Source: Hypanus sabinus
Lineage: Eukaryota
Direction of reading: 5' to 3'
Assembly (NCBI RefSeq): GCF_030144855.1
Contig: NC_082730.1
Span: forward strand, 15,190,001 to 15,254,000
DNA: 64,000 bases
Under the pieces are notes generated by a model. The model saw only the letters and a list, made by a program, of their open reading frames with translations, made no database searches and had not been told where the DNA came from. A program made the translations under genes and the position numbers. Below are positions 33,637 through 44,956 of this stretch, in pieces. Each line of letters begins with the position of its first letter. Positions within the stretch are counted from its first letter, which is position 1.

Positions 33637-36048
33637 GGTTGCTATTACTAAGGAGAAGGTGCTTGGGAAGCTGAGGGATCTGCAGGTAGGTGAATCATTT
33701 GGACCAGATGGATGGCACCTCAAGGTTCTTAAAGAGTTATTTAAAGAAATTGTGGAGGCATTAGTAGTGACCTTTCAAGAATAATTAGACACTTGAATGT
33801 TCAGAGGACTGGAAAGTTGGAAATATTACCCCACTCTTTAAGAAAGGAGGGAGGCAAAAGAGAGGAAATTGTCGACCTTTTAGCATGATATCAGAAGTTG
33901 GGAAGGTGTTAGAGTCCATTATTATGAACAAGATTTTGATGTGCTTGGAAGTATATGATCAAATATGGTTCCCTGATGGGGAAATCCTGCCTGTAAAATC
34001 AGCCTCAGAATGCAAGGACATAACTTTATTTTATTTCTTTCCTGATAGAGTACAGAGTATGTCCTTCTGGCCCCTTGGGCCACAACACTAAAGGAACCCT
34101 TGACAAACCCAATTTACTGTAACTTAATGACAGGGCAATCTGCAAAGACCAATTCACCTGATCAGTCTGTCTTTCGACTGTGGGACTAAACAGGTCCACC
34201 TGGGAAAACACTACACAGTCCATATGGAGGATGTACAGACTCCATACATTTAGAACAGAGATGAGGAGGAACTTCTATAGCCAGAGTGTGTTGAATCTGT
34301 GGAATTCAATACCATACATGGCTTTTGAGGCCAAGTCTCTGGGTATAATTAAAGTGTAGCTTAATAGTTTATTGTTTAGGAAAGGCATCAAAGATTATGG
34401 GGAGAAAACAGGAGAATGGAATTGAGTGGGATAATAAATCAGCCTTTCAAAAGTGTGTACCAGTTTAGAGAGAATGCCGCAGAGTCAGAGAGTTATAGGT
34501 TATGGAAACAGGAGCTTCACCCCAAATTGTCCATGCTGACCTCAGTGTCTTCCTGAGTTTCACCCATTTCCCTGCAATTGGCCTTTATCCTTCTCAAACT
34601 TCCCTGTACATGAACTTGTCCAAATGTATTTTAAATAGTGTATTTGTACCCATGTCTCACACTTCCTCTGGCAGCCTTTTCCACACACGTACTGCTGTGT
34701 GTGGAGAACACTGCCCCTCCAGGCTCTCTGAGAATTTCCTTTCACTAGTTTTCAACTCCCCTACCCTGGAATAAAGACAGTGATTACCCACTATACCTTT
34801 GCCAACAAAATAAAGAAACTCAATAGAATCCATGTAAAACCACACACAACAAAGGCTGACAAAAAACCAACGTGCAGAGTCTCTGAAAGTGAGTTCACAG
34901 CTGCAGAGTCAGTTCAGAGCTGTGGCGTGTGAAACCAATCAAGGACCCTGATTGCTGCAGGACAACAATTGTTTACGAACCCTGTGGTGTGGGACCCAAG
35001 TCTCCTGCACCTTCAACCCAATGGTAGTACCGAGAAGAGTGGAAGACGGGTCAAATGCAAGCAGACAGGACAGGCTCAGGTGGGGGGAGCTTGCTGGCAC
35101 TGAGTGTTGGGGCGAACACTGGCTCAATTTCAATGTCCTCTTGGAAACTTAGAAAACTCATGTCCACTCCACTACAGTGTCATCCATAACATAGAAATCA
35201 TGCTGTCAGCATTATCATTCTAATTATTAAAATTGATGACAAATAAGAGTCATTAACACTTAACAGCACTGATCCTGATGGCACACCACTGGTGATAAAG
35301 TCTGACATTGTCAGAAAACCAACACTCCACCACCACAATCTGACTCCTTACACGAAGCCTATTCAGTATCCATCCAGCGAGCTTACCATGAGATCTCACA
35401 TTACAGATCACTCTACTGTACAAGGTACTCAACTGCTAAATTCTAAAGACCTGTCCTCATCAGTTCCTTTGATCACCTCTCAAAGAAAACTGGGTCAAAT
35501 ATTTTCGACAGAGGTTTTCCCATGTATAAAATTATTTTCACTATCCAAAATCAGATCTTTACTTTGCAAGTACAAGTAGATCCTGCCTCACACAATCACC
35601 TCCAGTAATTTACCCACCACTGACCTTACGCTCACCTGTCTGGAATGTGACTGGATCAGTAATCTATTGACTCAGAAATGTGGAAACACACTGAGACATT
35701 AGTGAGCAGTGACAATGATGATTCCAATCAAATAAAAATCATTACTTGTGAAGAGCTGTGAGCAAGTGATGAAGGTGGATGCTGTTGTCTTCTCAGTCAA
35801 TGTGGAATTCAATTATACCAATTGATAGTGTGGCAGATTCCTTAGAACACAGCAACAGCTTTAAATAAAATATCTTTATTCATTATTATGAGTAAATTTC
35901 TTATATTTGGTTTTAGATCCAGTGTGATAACAACTTTCTTTCCCTTTACAACTTTGTACTGTAAATAACATGAAACGATCTAGAATCTTGAATGTCCGTG
36001 TTGATTTGTTTTTACCTGTGCGTTTTCTGAGAAACTTCTCAGTTTCAG

Positions 36049-36363
36049 GTGCTTAATGGGCAGAATATAAAGTAAGAGGAGTTGTGGGAAGAGCAATCAC
36101 AATCGATTGTCACTATGCACCGATGTACTGTTCACACACAAAGTACTTGTGCCATATGTGGGATCGCCAATGCACATTGTCAATGAATACAAATGGGACA
36201 AATAAGCAGTATGGAAGAATGACAATCAGAGATAACACAACCCAAGGAATATTTACTGTTACTATGGAGAGTCTTGTCTCTAATGATACAGGAGTTTACA
36301 GATGTGGAAATACAACATCTGGCAATCATCCAGTGTTTGATGTGCATCTACAGGTATCTGGTG
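36049..36363 (+). pseudogene. Exon V3: paralog of V2 with an in-frame premature stop (TTA to TAA at 36054-36056)
   Basis: Splice sites are intact (ctcag|tttcag| and |gtaggt). The codons GGT GCT TAA TGG correspond to GGT GCT TTA TGG in V2; the rest of the frame is open. Confidence 0.9.
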
Positions 36364-36689
36364 GTAGGTTTCTCATTGACTGTTTTGATGTCTCCACTGA
36401 AATAGCTCATTCATCTTTTCTCTGAGAGGAGTCAGGGCAGCATGGCTATGCAGAGTCTTCACAGCAGTGCAGATCCCTGTGGGGAGTGGGCAAGGGTGGG
36501 GATAGCCCACTCATATTGCTCTCATCCACTGCAGGTCTGACTCACTGATGGGACACTGATTTCCAATGGAAGGCTCAGCACATTTTCCTGCCTCTGAACT
36601 CCATGAAACATCACTCTGTCAAAGGAGGAGGTATTTGTCGTCCTGAGGCAAATCAATTTGAATATATCCCCAAGTCTGCTAATGTGTTT

Positions 36690-38205
36690 TCTCTGACTTT
36701 ACAAGAGGCAAGAGCAGAGATTACCAGGTCCCTGGCAGACATATTTAAACTCTTCCTAGTGACAGGAGAGGTACCAGAGGACTGGAGTATGGCCAATGTT
36801 GTTCTGCTGTTTAAACAAGCCTCTTAATATAAACCAGAAAGTTCTAGGGCAGTGATTCTGACATCAGTTGTAGGAAAGTTATTAGAAGGTATTCTAAGCG
36901 TTTGGATGTATATAATGTTTGGATAGACATGGACTGTATAAGGATAGTCAGCACGGCTTTGTGAGTGGTAGTTTACGTCTAACCAATCTTATAAAGTTTG
37001 TGAGGAGGATCCCAGGAAAATGGATGAAGGCAAGACAGTGGATGTTATTTACATGGACTTTAGCAAGGCTTTCACTGAAGCCCTGCACGGGCGGTTGATT
37101 AACAAAGTTCAATTGCTCGGCATTCAAAATGAGGTGGTAAATTGGATAGACATTGCCTTTGTGAGAGAAGCCAGAGAGTGGTATTAGATAGTTACCCCTC
37201 TGATTTGAGGCCTGTGACTCGTGGAGTGTCGCAGGGATTGGAGCTGGGTCCATTGTTGTTTGAATCTGTATCAGTGATCTGGATAATAATGTAAACAGCA
37301 TCAGCAAATTTGTGGATGACACCAAGATTGGGGGTGGTGCACTGGACCATGAGGAATGTGATCATGGCCTGCAGAGAGATCTGCAACAGATGGAAAAATG
37401 GCTGAAAAATGGCAGATGGTATTTAATGCAGACAAGTGTGAGGTTTTGCACCTTGGTAGGACCAACCAGTGTAGGTCTTACACTGTGAATGGTAGGGCAC
37501 TGAGGAGTGTGGTAGACCAAAAGGAATACTGGTCAATAATTTTTGTAAGTTGTGTCACATTTAGATCTGATTGTAAAGAATGCTTTCAGCACATTGACCA
37601 TCATAAATTAATGTATTTAGTACATGAGATGGGATGTTATGTTGAAGTTGTACAACACGGTGAGGCCAAATTTGAAGTATTGTGTGCAGTTTTGGTCACC
37701 TACCTGGAGAAGAGATGTAAATAATGTTGAACAAGTAGAGTGAAAATTTACAAATAATTTGCCAGGTCTGGAGGACCTTATCTATAAGGAAAGATTGACT
37801 AGGTTATGTCTGTGTTACTTACAATGTAGACGCTAGAGAGGAGAGTTGATAGAGGTGCACAAAATTATGAGGGGTAAAGAAAGGGCTAATGGAGGCAGGC
37901 TTCTTCCACAAAGATTGGGTGGGACAACAACCAGTGGTCATGGGTTAAACGTAAAAGGTGAAAAGTATGAGGGGAACATGAAGGGAAACTTCCTCAGTTA
38001 GACTATCTGAAGTGTGAGGAATGAGCTGTCAGAATAGGTGGTACATGCAAGCTCAATTTCAATAAGATAAGTTTGGATTGGTGTATGGATGGTAGGGGTG
38101 TGGAGTGTAATTGTTCCGGTGCAGGTTGTTGGGTATACGAGTCTTAAATGGTTTAGCTTGGATTAAATGGACTGAAGGGCCTGCTTCTATTCTCTATGAC
38201 TCTGT
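36690..38205 (+). mobile_element. Degenerate CR1 RT region to 3' end
   Basis: EDWSMANVVLLFK, EKWQMVFNADKCEVLHLGR and related remnants with many stops. Confidence 0.8.
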
Positions 38206-38894
38206 AGTATGTGGTCTACATCCCTCCAAGCTCTGCCTTCTCATGTCCTTGTCCAGAAGCCTCTTAAATATAGTTCTTATCTCTGTTTCCTCCAGTTGGT
38301 CTGACAATGGGTCCCATGCAGTCACCATCCTCAGGATGAAAAAAACTTGTCTCACAAATGTCCTTTAAACTTTCCTTCATTACCTTAAAACTATTATTCA
38401 ATTTACTATTATTCAATATTTTAACCTCAGAGAAATAAATTTGGACTATCCTCCCTATCTTTGATTTCTCTAACCTTATAAACCTCTATCAGTTTGCTCC
38501 TCAGCCTCCTAAACTCCAGTGAAAACAATCTAAGTTTGTCCAATTTCTGCCCACAGCTAACACACTCCAATCCAGGTGTCATCCCACTGAACCTATTCAC
38601 CCTCTCCAAAAACATCCACATCCTTTCTATTGGGTTGCAAACAGAAGTACAGATTATGTTCTAATTGTGCTCTAAACAAAGTTTTATGAAGCTACAAAAT
38701 GCCCTGTCAGATTGAGTCTCCAACATGTAGAATGAAGAAGGCAAACATGCTGAATACTTTCATTACCATTATGTCCAGTTGTGTTGCCACTTTCAGGGAG
38801 CAATGGACTTGTACCCCGAGAACTCTCTGTACATCAGTTCTAAAGGAATACATCTGTTAAATTCCAAGTGACGTCAAACTCCCCGAATATATGA

Positions 38895-39330
38895 GCACCA
38901 TTTGATGGCTCTAGGCCTGTACTCGCTGGAGTTTAGAAGAATGAGGGTGGATTTTATTGAAAGCTATTGAGCTTTGCCAAGCCCAGTGGATGTGAAGAGA
39001 GGTTTCCAACAGTGTGGCATCTAGGACCAGAAGGCACAGACTCAGAATAGAAGGATGACCCTCTAAAAGAGAGATGAGGAGGAACTTCTTCAGCCAGAGG
39101 CTGGTGAATCTGTGGAATTCATTGTGACAAGTAGCTGTGGAAGTTAAGTCATTGGGTATATTTAAAATGGAATTTCATAGGTACTTGATTAGTTAGGACA
39201 TCAAAGGATACAGGGAGAAGACAGGAGAATAGATTTAAAGGGATAATAAATCAGCCATGATGGAATCGTGGAGCAGATTCAATGGACGGAATGGCCTAAT
39301 CCTGCTCCTATGTTTCATGGTATTATGGTC
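38895..39330 (+). mobile_element. CR1 3' end fragment
   Basis: LGLYSLEFRRMR-like start and GAATGGCCTAAT(T)CTGCTCCTATG 3' motif. Confidence 0.75.
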
Positions 39331-39534
39331 TATGATCTGACATGAATATTTGTTGGTTTTATATAGATATCAGTACTAATGGGTTCATTGCTGCTGTATG
39401 TCACTGAAAGCAAATCACAATTATACACTCTCTTTAAGGTCACCATTAATTTTGTATGTATCTGAAAATTTCCTGCTTTCAAATTATGGTGAGTTTTCCA
39501 GGACACACAAAAATGTTGCCATAGCAAAGTCACA

Positions 39535-39700
39535 CTGTTAGGCAAACATGAGGAAATCTGCAGATGCTGTAACTTCAAGCAACACACACAAAATTCTGGT
39601 GGAACACAGCGGGCCAGGCAGCATCTATAAGGAGAAGCACTGTCGACCTTTTGGGCCAAGACCCTTCGTCAGGATTAACTGAAAGGAAAGATAGTAAGAC
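39535..39700 (-). mobile_element. Penelope-like pseudo-LTR remnant
   Basis: Reverse complement reads CTGACGAAGGGTCTTGGCCCAAAAGGTCGAC..AGATGCTGCCTGGCCCGCTG..CAGCATCTGCAGATTTCCTC, the same family as 30130-30269. Confidence 0.75.
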
Positions 39701-39882
39701 CCTTGAGAGGGGATTGCAGAGTGTCGGTGGGGGAAGGGGAGATAGGACTCACAAACGCAGCATGTGAAGGTGAGGTATAGGAGCTGCTGAGATTCCAAAC
39801 TTGTGGGTTCTGTTTGACATACAAAACTGCTGATATCCTCAGTGTGTTTGATTTTCAGATGTTCACTGATGCTTTTCCACAG

Positions 39883-40203
39883 AGCCCCCGTCTGTTCCTT
39901 TGCTTCAATTTTCACCACCAACAAGTGGCCCAAGTTGTGTGGACTCTGTGTCAGTGTCCTGCGAGTCTGTCCATGGATCCCTTCCCATTCAGTACTCCTG
40001 GTATGAAAAGACGCCATCTGGTGATTCAAAGATCTCTGACACCAACAAACTAGATCTACATTGTCAATCCTTAAAATACAAAAAATACCTGTATTATTGC
40101 AAAGCCTCAAATAATCATGGAGAAAAGTCCAGTGAAATGGTCAATGTGTCCATCTCCAACAATGTCAGCACCTGCAGAAATGTGATTGAAGTCAACAGCA
40201 CGG
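39883..40203 (+). CDS. Exon C2c: membrane-proximal FCRL-type C2 domain
   Basis: Acceptor ttttccacag|, donor |gtaagt, 321 nt, phase 1-1. Translation EPPSVPLL..VSCESVHGSLPIQYSW..LYYCKASNNHG..TCRNVIEVNST. Confidence 0.9.
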
Positions 40204-43200
40204 GTAAGTGGTGGAGGGTTTGATTCTTTATGATGGTCAATGGAGTACAATTGAATGACTGATGTGTGATGGATATTGTATTGTTGGAACTTTACTCAGG
40301 AGCGTGGAGTGTACGTTGTCACCACCTTTCAGAGAATGAAAAACCTTTCATCACAGCATTTCAAACTTGAGTCGCTCACCACAGGGTCTCCTGCCTCAGA
40401 ATTGTTCTCACATTCTGGGTGTGAATGTGTCTCATCTGGTAATATTTCTAGCCATTAATTAAGATAGTCCCTCCAAGATAAACCACTTCAAAGTTCAAAG
40501 TAAATTTATCATCAAAGTACATATATGTCATTATATTCTACTCTTGAGATCCATTTTCTTGCAGGTGTTCACAGTAGATACAAATAAATACAATAGAATC
40601 AATGCAAAACTACCTATAATCAAAGATGGACAAACAACCAAAAGAAGACAAACTGTGCAAATATAAAAAAATATATTAATTATAAATTAAAAATAAATAT
40701 ACTGAAAACATAAGTTGTAGAGTCCTTGAAAGTGAGTCCATTGGTTGTGGAATCAGTTCAGTGTTGAAGTGAGTGAAGTTATCCATGCTGGTTCAGCAGC
40801 CTGATGGTTGAAGGGCAATAACTGTTTCTGAACCTGGTGGGGTGAGACCTCCTCCTCAATGGCAGCAGCGTGAAGAAAACATGGCCTGAATGGCAGCCGT
40901 CCTTGATGATAGATGCAGCTTTTTCATGGCAATGTTCCTTGTAGACTTTTATCCACATTTGCTCTGCCTGTATTTATAAGCAACTATCTGTTCTGTATTT
41001 TATGGCAAATAGACTGAATCATAAAATCAAAGCAGTTGTATTGATGAAAAGTACAGAAATCACATGGATTGTGAATGTCTGTGTCCTGAAAGCCAACATA
41101 TCTTTTCCCGGCAAGTGGGATTGTGAAATGTGACCTCAAAAATCTATGCATCCTCGTTCACTGAGTCTCCAAGCAGAAGTGTGGAAAAAAGGAGCTCAAG
41201 TGAATTCTATGGTGAGCAGTTTCAAGGATAGAAACATTATTGAAGAGGGTAGGTTTACATTGGATCCACTGAAACACTCAACCGCTGGGGCTTGGATTGC
41301 CTTACCTACCCTATTCAGTGAATTGAAAATACTTGGGCAAAAAATATTAGTATTGCTTAGACTGTGGCAATAACAAGAATGTAGATAATTACCTGGATGG
41401 CAATAGAATGGAAAAAGGGGGAATGTAATGAGTTTTGGGTGTCCTTGTACATCTTTCACTGAAGGTAAACATGCAGATGCAGCAGGGCATAAAGAATGCA
41501 AATTGTATTCAGATTTTCAGAGCGAAGATCCAAGGAAAGGAACAAGCATGAAACACTGCATTGAGACAGAGCCTTTATCAGTTGGGACCAAAGTTCAAAG
41601 TATCATTTTTTATCGATGTATACCATATACAACCTTGAAATTTGTCTCTTTCCTGATAGCCACAACACAAAGAAACCCAATAGAACCTATAAAAAAAAGA
41701 CCATCAAACACCAAATGTGCAAAAAATAAACAAATGAATCAAACAATAATAGTATGCTAATGACATGCAGCACTGAAGTTCATACAAGTGAGTCCCCAGC
41801 CATGAAGCCAGTCACAGCCAATCTCAGAGCCCGTTAGTTGCAGGCCACAGCCTCAGTTCAGCGCAGAGACGAGTAAACATTGCGGAGCAGTTAGCCTCAC
41901 ATCAGCCCGTCCCTCATGTCCAGCCTTGACACCCTGAACTTTTCAATCTGGCTCCGTGTTTAAATCAGCCAACCAGAATGTTGTTCCTCACACTCACACT
42001 CAGGCCCTGACATTCGATGTGCTCTCATGCTCGGGACCTGCTGACTCAATTTGATTTATACCCAAACTTTCTATTCTGGCCCAAAGCTTAAATCAGTGAG
42101 ACATCAACTTGTTCCTCACTCTCGGCTACTAGAATTGTGTGCCGATTTGGTCCAATGAAATATGTTCTTGTTATAGGTGAGCCGATCGTTCCTGCTCTCT
42201 GACGCGTGGCCCTGCCACCTCGATAGCTCTCATGCCCAGAACTCAATGTCTCGATTAGGTCCATTCCAGACAATTCCAACCTGGCTCAGCACCAAAATTG
42301 ATCTCAGGCAACCGGTGTTGTGTGCAATTTTGGTCCGATGCAAGATGTTATTGTTCTGGACAGAGGCAGACTGATTTCCGGAATGTCACAAGTGACAAAA
42401 GATCAGAGTTTCGGTTGATGAAGTTTTTATTTGCTGCAGTTTAGAAGGCTGAGAGGTGATCTCAGAGAAATCTGCAATATTTTAGCAGGCTGATACAAAT
42501 TCAGGTTTGATGCTTCTGATGCCAGGGAATACAGGATAGTCTCCGGACAATAAAAATAATCTAAAGGGTGAGTCATTTAAGACTGAGATTAGGAAAGGTT
42601 CCTTCTACCAGAAAGTGGTGAACCCGTATTTAAGAAAGATTGAGTTATTTTTCTCAGAGGCAGAGAGATCAAAAGATATGGGGAAACAGTTACTCTCCTA
42701 GAAATCTCCAGGTTCTAATATTCTACGTCCAGGAGAACATAGAGAATTGGCACAAAAAAGAAGTAGGTACATTGCTGGCCATTTCTAATTCCAATGGATT
42801 GAGGGGAAGCGAACCACTCTATTTTAAAAAAGAAGTAGAGAGAAAAGAGGAAATTTATGAGCAACTAGCCTGACATTGGTGTTAGGAAGTGTGATGAAGG
42901 GCAAAAGGCAAAACCAATGTACTGAATTGCTCTTGGGTTTCTTTGTGCCCATTATAAACTCCCCCATCTCTGTCTGTTAATTGTTTTAATTCACAATCTC
43001 TTCATGTACCAACTGAAGCTTTCACATAAATATATACATTCCCTACAGACCTTCTCATTTTCTAAATTTTCAATGCTTTAATCAATTGCTTTGTTTGGTT
43101 TTGAGTTCTAAACTTTTTCTAATACTCAGCTTTGCAGCTTTTGCTGAACATGACACATTTCCTTGGATCTAATTAATTCACAAGTTTCTTTTGAAAGTCA

Positions 43201-43759
43201 CGCTTGATGATCTGAAAGTTTCTGAGGGGATCTCTTTAATAATGAAATATCCCCTGAGGGATGAATGGAGTTCATGTTGAAAGGGATGTATCACAGGCTG
43301 CAGGTTCCAGAATGGGGACAATTCCAGGCGAATATTCATCATCATTCTGATCTTGAACTTAAGTCTATTACTCTGTGCAGTTTGAACAGATATTTCAGAA
43401 ATGAAGAAATTTCTCTAAATACCTGAGTGCTGACTGGAGGGGTAGGGAACTCTCCCACCAGCAAGAAAATCAGCGAAATTATATGCAGAGAAAATTGTTG
43501 CCAGAATTTTATGACAGCTTCTGAGAATGGTTGAGTTTTCTGTCACTACTGCAAACACAGAAAGCCAGACATATATTTTACACACACATTGTACAAATGA
43601 TAGCATTTATTTGGAGTTTGTAATGAGGAACAGCTTATTGAATACACTTTCAAATTCAAAAGCTTATTGCCCCTAAATGGGTACAACAGGTGAGACCATC
43701 TCAATCTTTCTTCTACCCATCCTCTTTGTTCTCTGCCATTCCACACCTGAAGTGAGATT

Positions 43760-44035
43760 CCATCACTTCATTTATTCAGCAATACAGCATGGTGTAGGCC
43801 CTTCCAGCCCCTTTGAGTCATGCTGCCCCAACAACCCCGGCCAAACCCAATTAACCCTAACCGAATCATGGGACAATTTACAATGACCAATTACTTTACT
43901 CATTAGTCTTTGGATTCTGGGAGGAAACCAGAGGAACCGGAGAAAACTCACACATTCCACAGGGAGGACATACCGAGATTCCTTATCGAGCAGTGGCAGA
44001 ATTGAACTCCGAACTTTGGAATGCCCTGAACTGTA
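43760..44035 (-). mobile_element. tRNA-derived SINE (HE1/V-SINE-like)
   Basis: Reverse complement shows a tRNA-like head, GAGTTT..TTCTCC..GGTTTCCTCCCA core and TAAA tail. Similar copies lie at about 48395-48695, 50385-50695 and 51245-51490. The family name is from recall. Confidence 0.6.
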
Positions 44036-44670
44036 ATCGCATCACTCTAACTGCTGTGTTACCATGGCACCCAGGGTACATTGACTTTCTGTTTATTGCT
44101 TTAAAAGACTTTGTCTTTTTATTGAGAAAACTTCCCACATTGTCCTGTTGGATAAAAAGTGTAATTGAACCATTATCTCCCTGAATACTATGAACAGTTA
44201 TGACCACGCCCCTGCAGAGTGTGATGGGCTCCAGAAAGAGGTCTCCCCATGGCTGGCAGAGGCCAGCTCCCTGGCTGGAACTTTACCCTTATGATTAGGA
44301 TTACAGTTCCCTCAGTTCAAGTTCCTAGCAGCATCGCCACACCACCAGTGATTTCCTTTCACATTCCAAAGGCACATGGGGAAAGTATTGGTAATTCATA
44401 GGCAAGCCATTTTGGCACTGGAAGCATGGAACACTTGCAGGCTTCCCCCAGAACATACTCTGTGTTGGTTGTTATTGCTAATGATGCATTTCACTGTGTG
44501 ATCTGATGTACATATGACAAATAAACCTCTCTTTAATCTTTATTATTGAGTATTGAGTAACAGATCACCTTTGGTCCACCGTGATCAAGTACCCATTGGT
44601 CTAACAATTATGCTCTCTTGTTTTTGCAAGTACAAAGCAGATAAAATTTATTTTGATTTTCTTTTAACAG

Positions 44671-44722
44671 GGCCAATCCATTTCTGTGAAAATACTATGG
44701 CAGAATCTACAACTACACAAGG
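44671..44722 (+). CDS. Stalk exon (GPIHFCENTMAESTTTQG)
   Basis: Strong acceptor ttttcttttaacag| and donor |gtaaga. Phase 1 in matches C2c and phase 2 out matches the TM exon. The peptide is Ser/Thr-rich. Confidence 0.75.
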
Positions 44723-44956
44723 GTAAGAATCTACATCAGATAAAATGTAAAGTATAAGTTTCCCTCTATGAGTGGTTTCACTGCTTCTCTTTCCAAATTG
44801 ATCCAGTTGGGAGAGAAACTGGTATTAAAAACATTTAACATGATTAACTTCAATGAAATGATGTGTTGGAAACTGATTTTCTTATACAGGCATCAAGCCT
44901 GAGATCAAAGGTAATTTTCTTACCCTGGGGCAGTGTTGGATCTCCTGTTAGGGAAT

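Noticed and set aside
5075-36363. V exons as rearranging Ig/TCR V segments
   Set aside because: Each ends in a complete G strand and a GT donor, with no heptamer-spacer-nonamer RSS. The extra C-C' Cys pair is the CD300/pIgR type.
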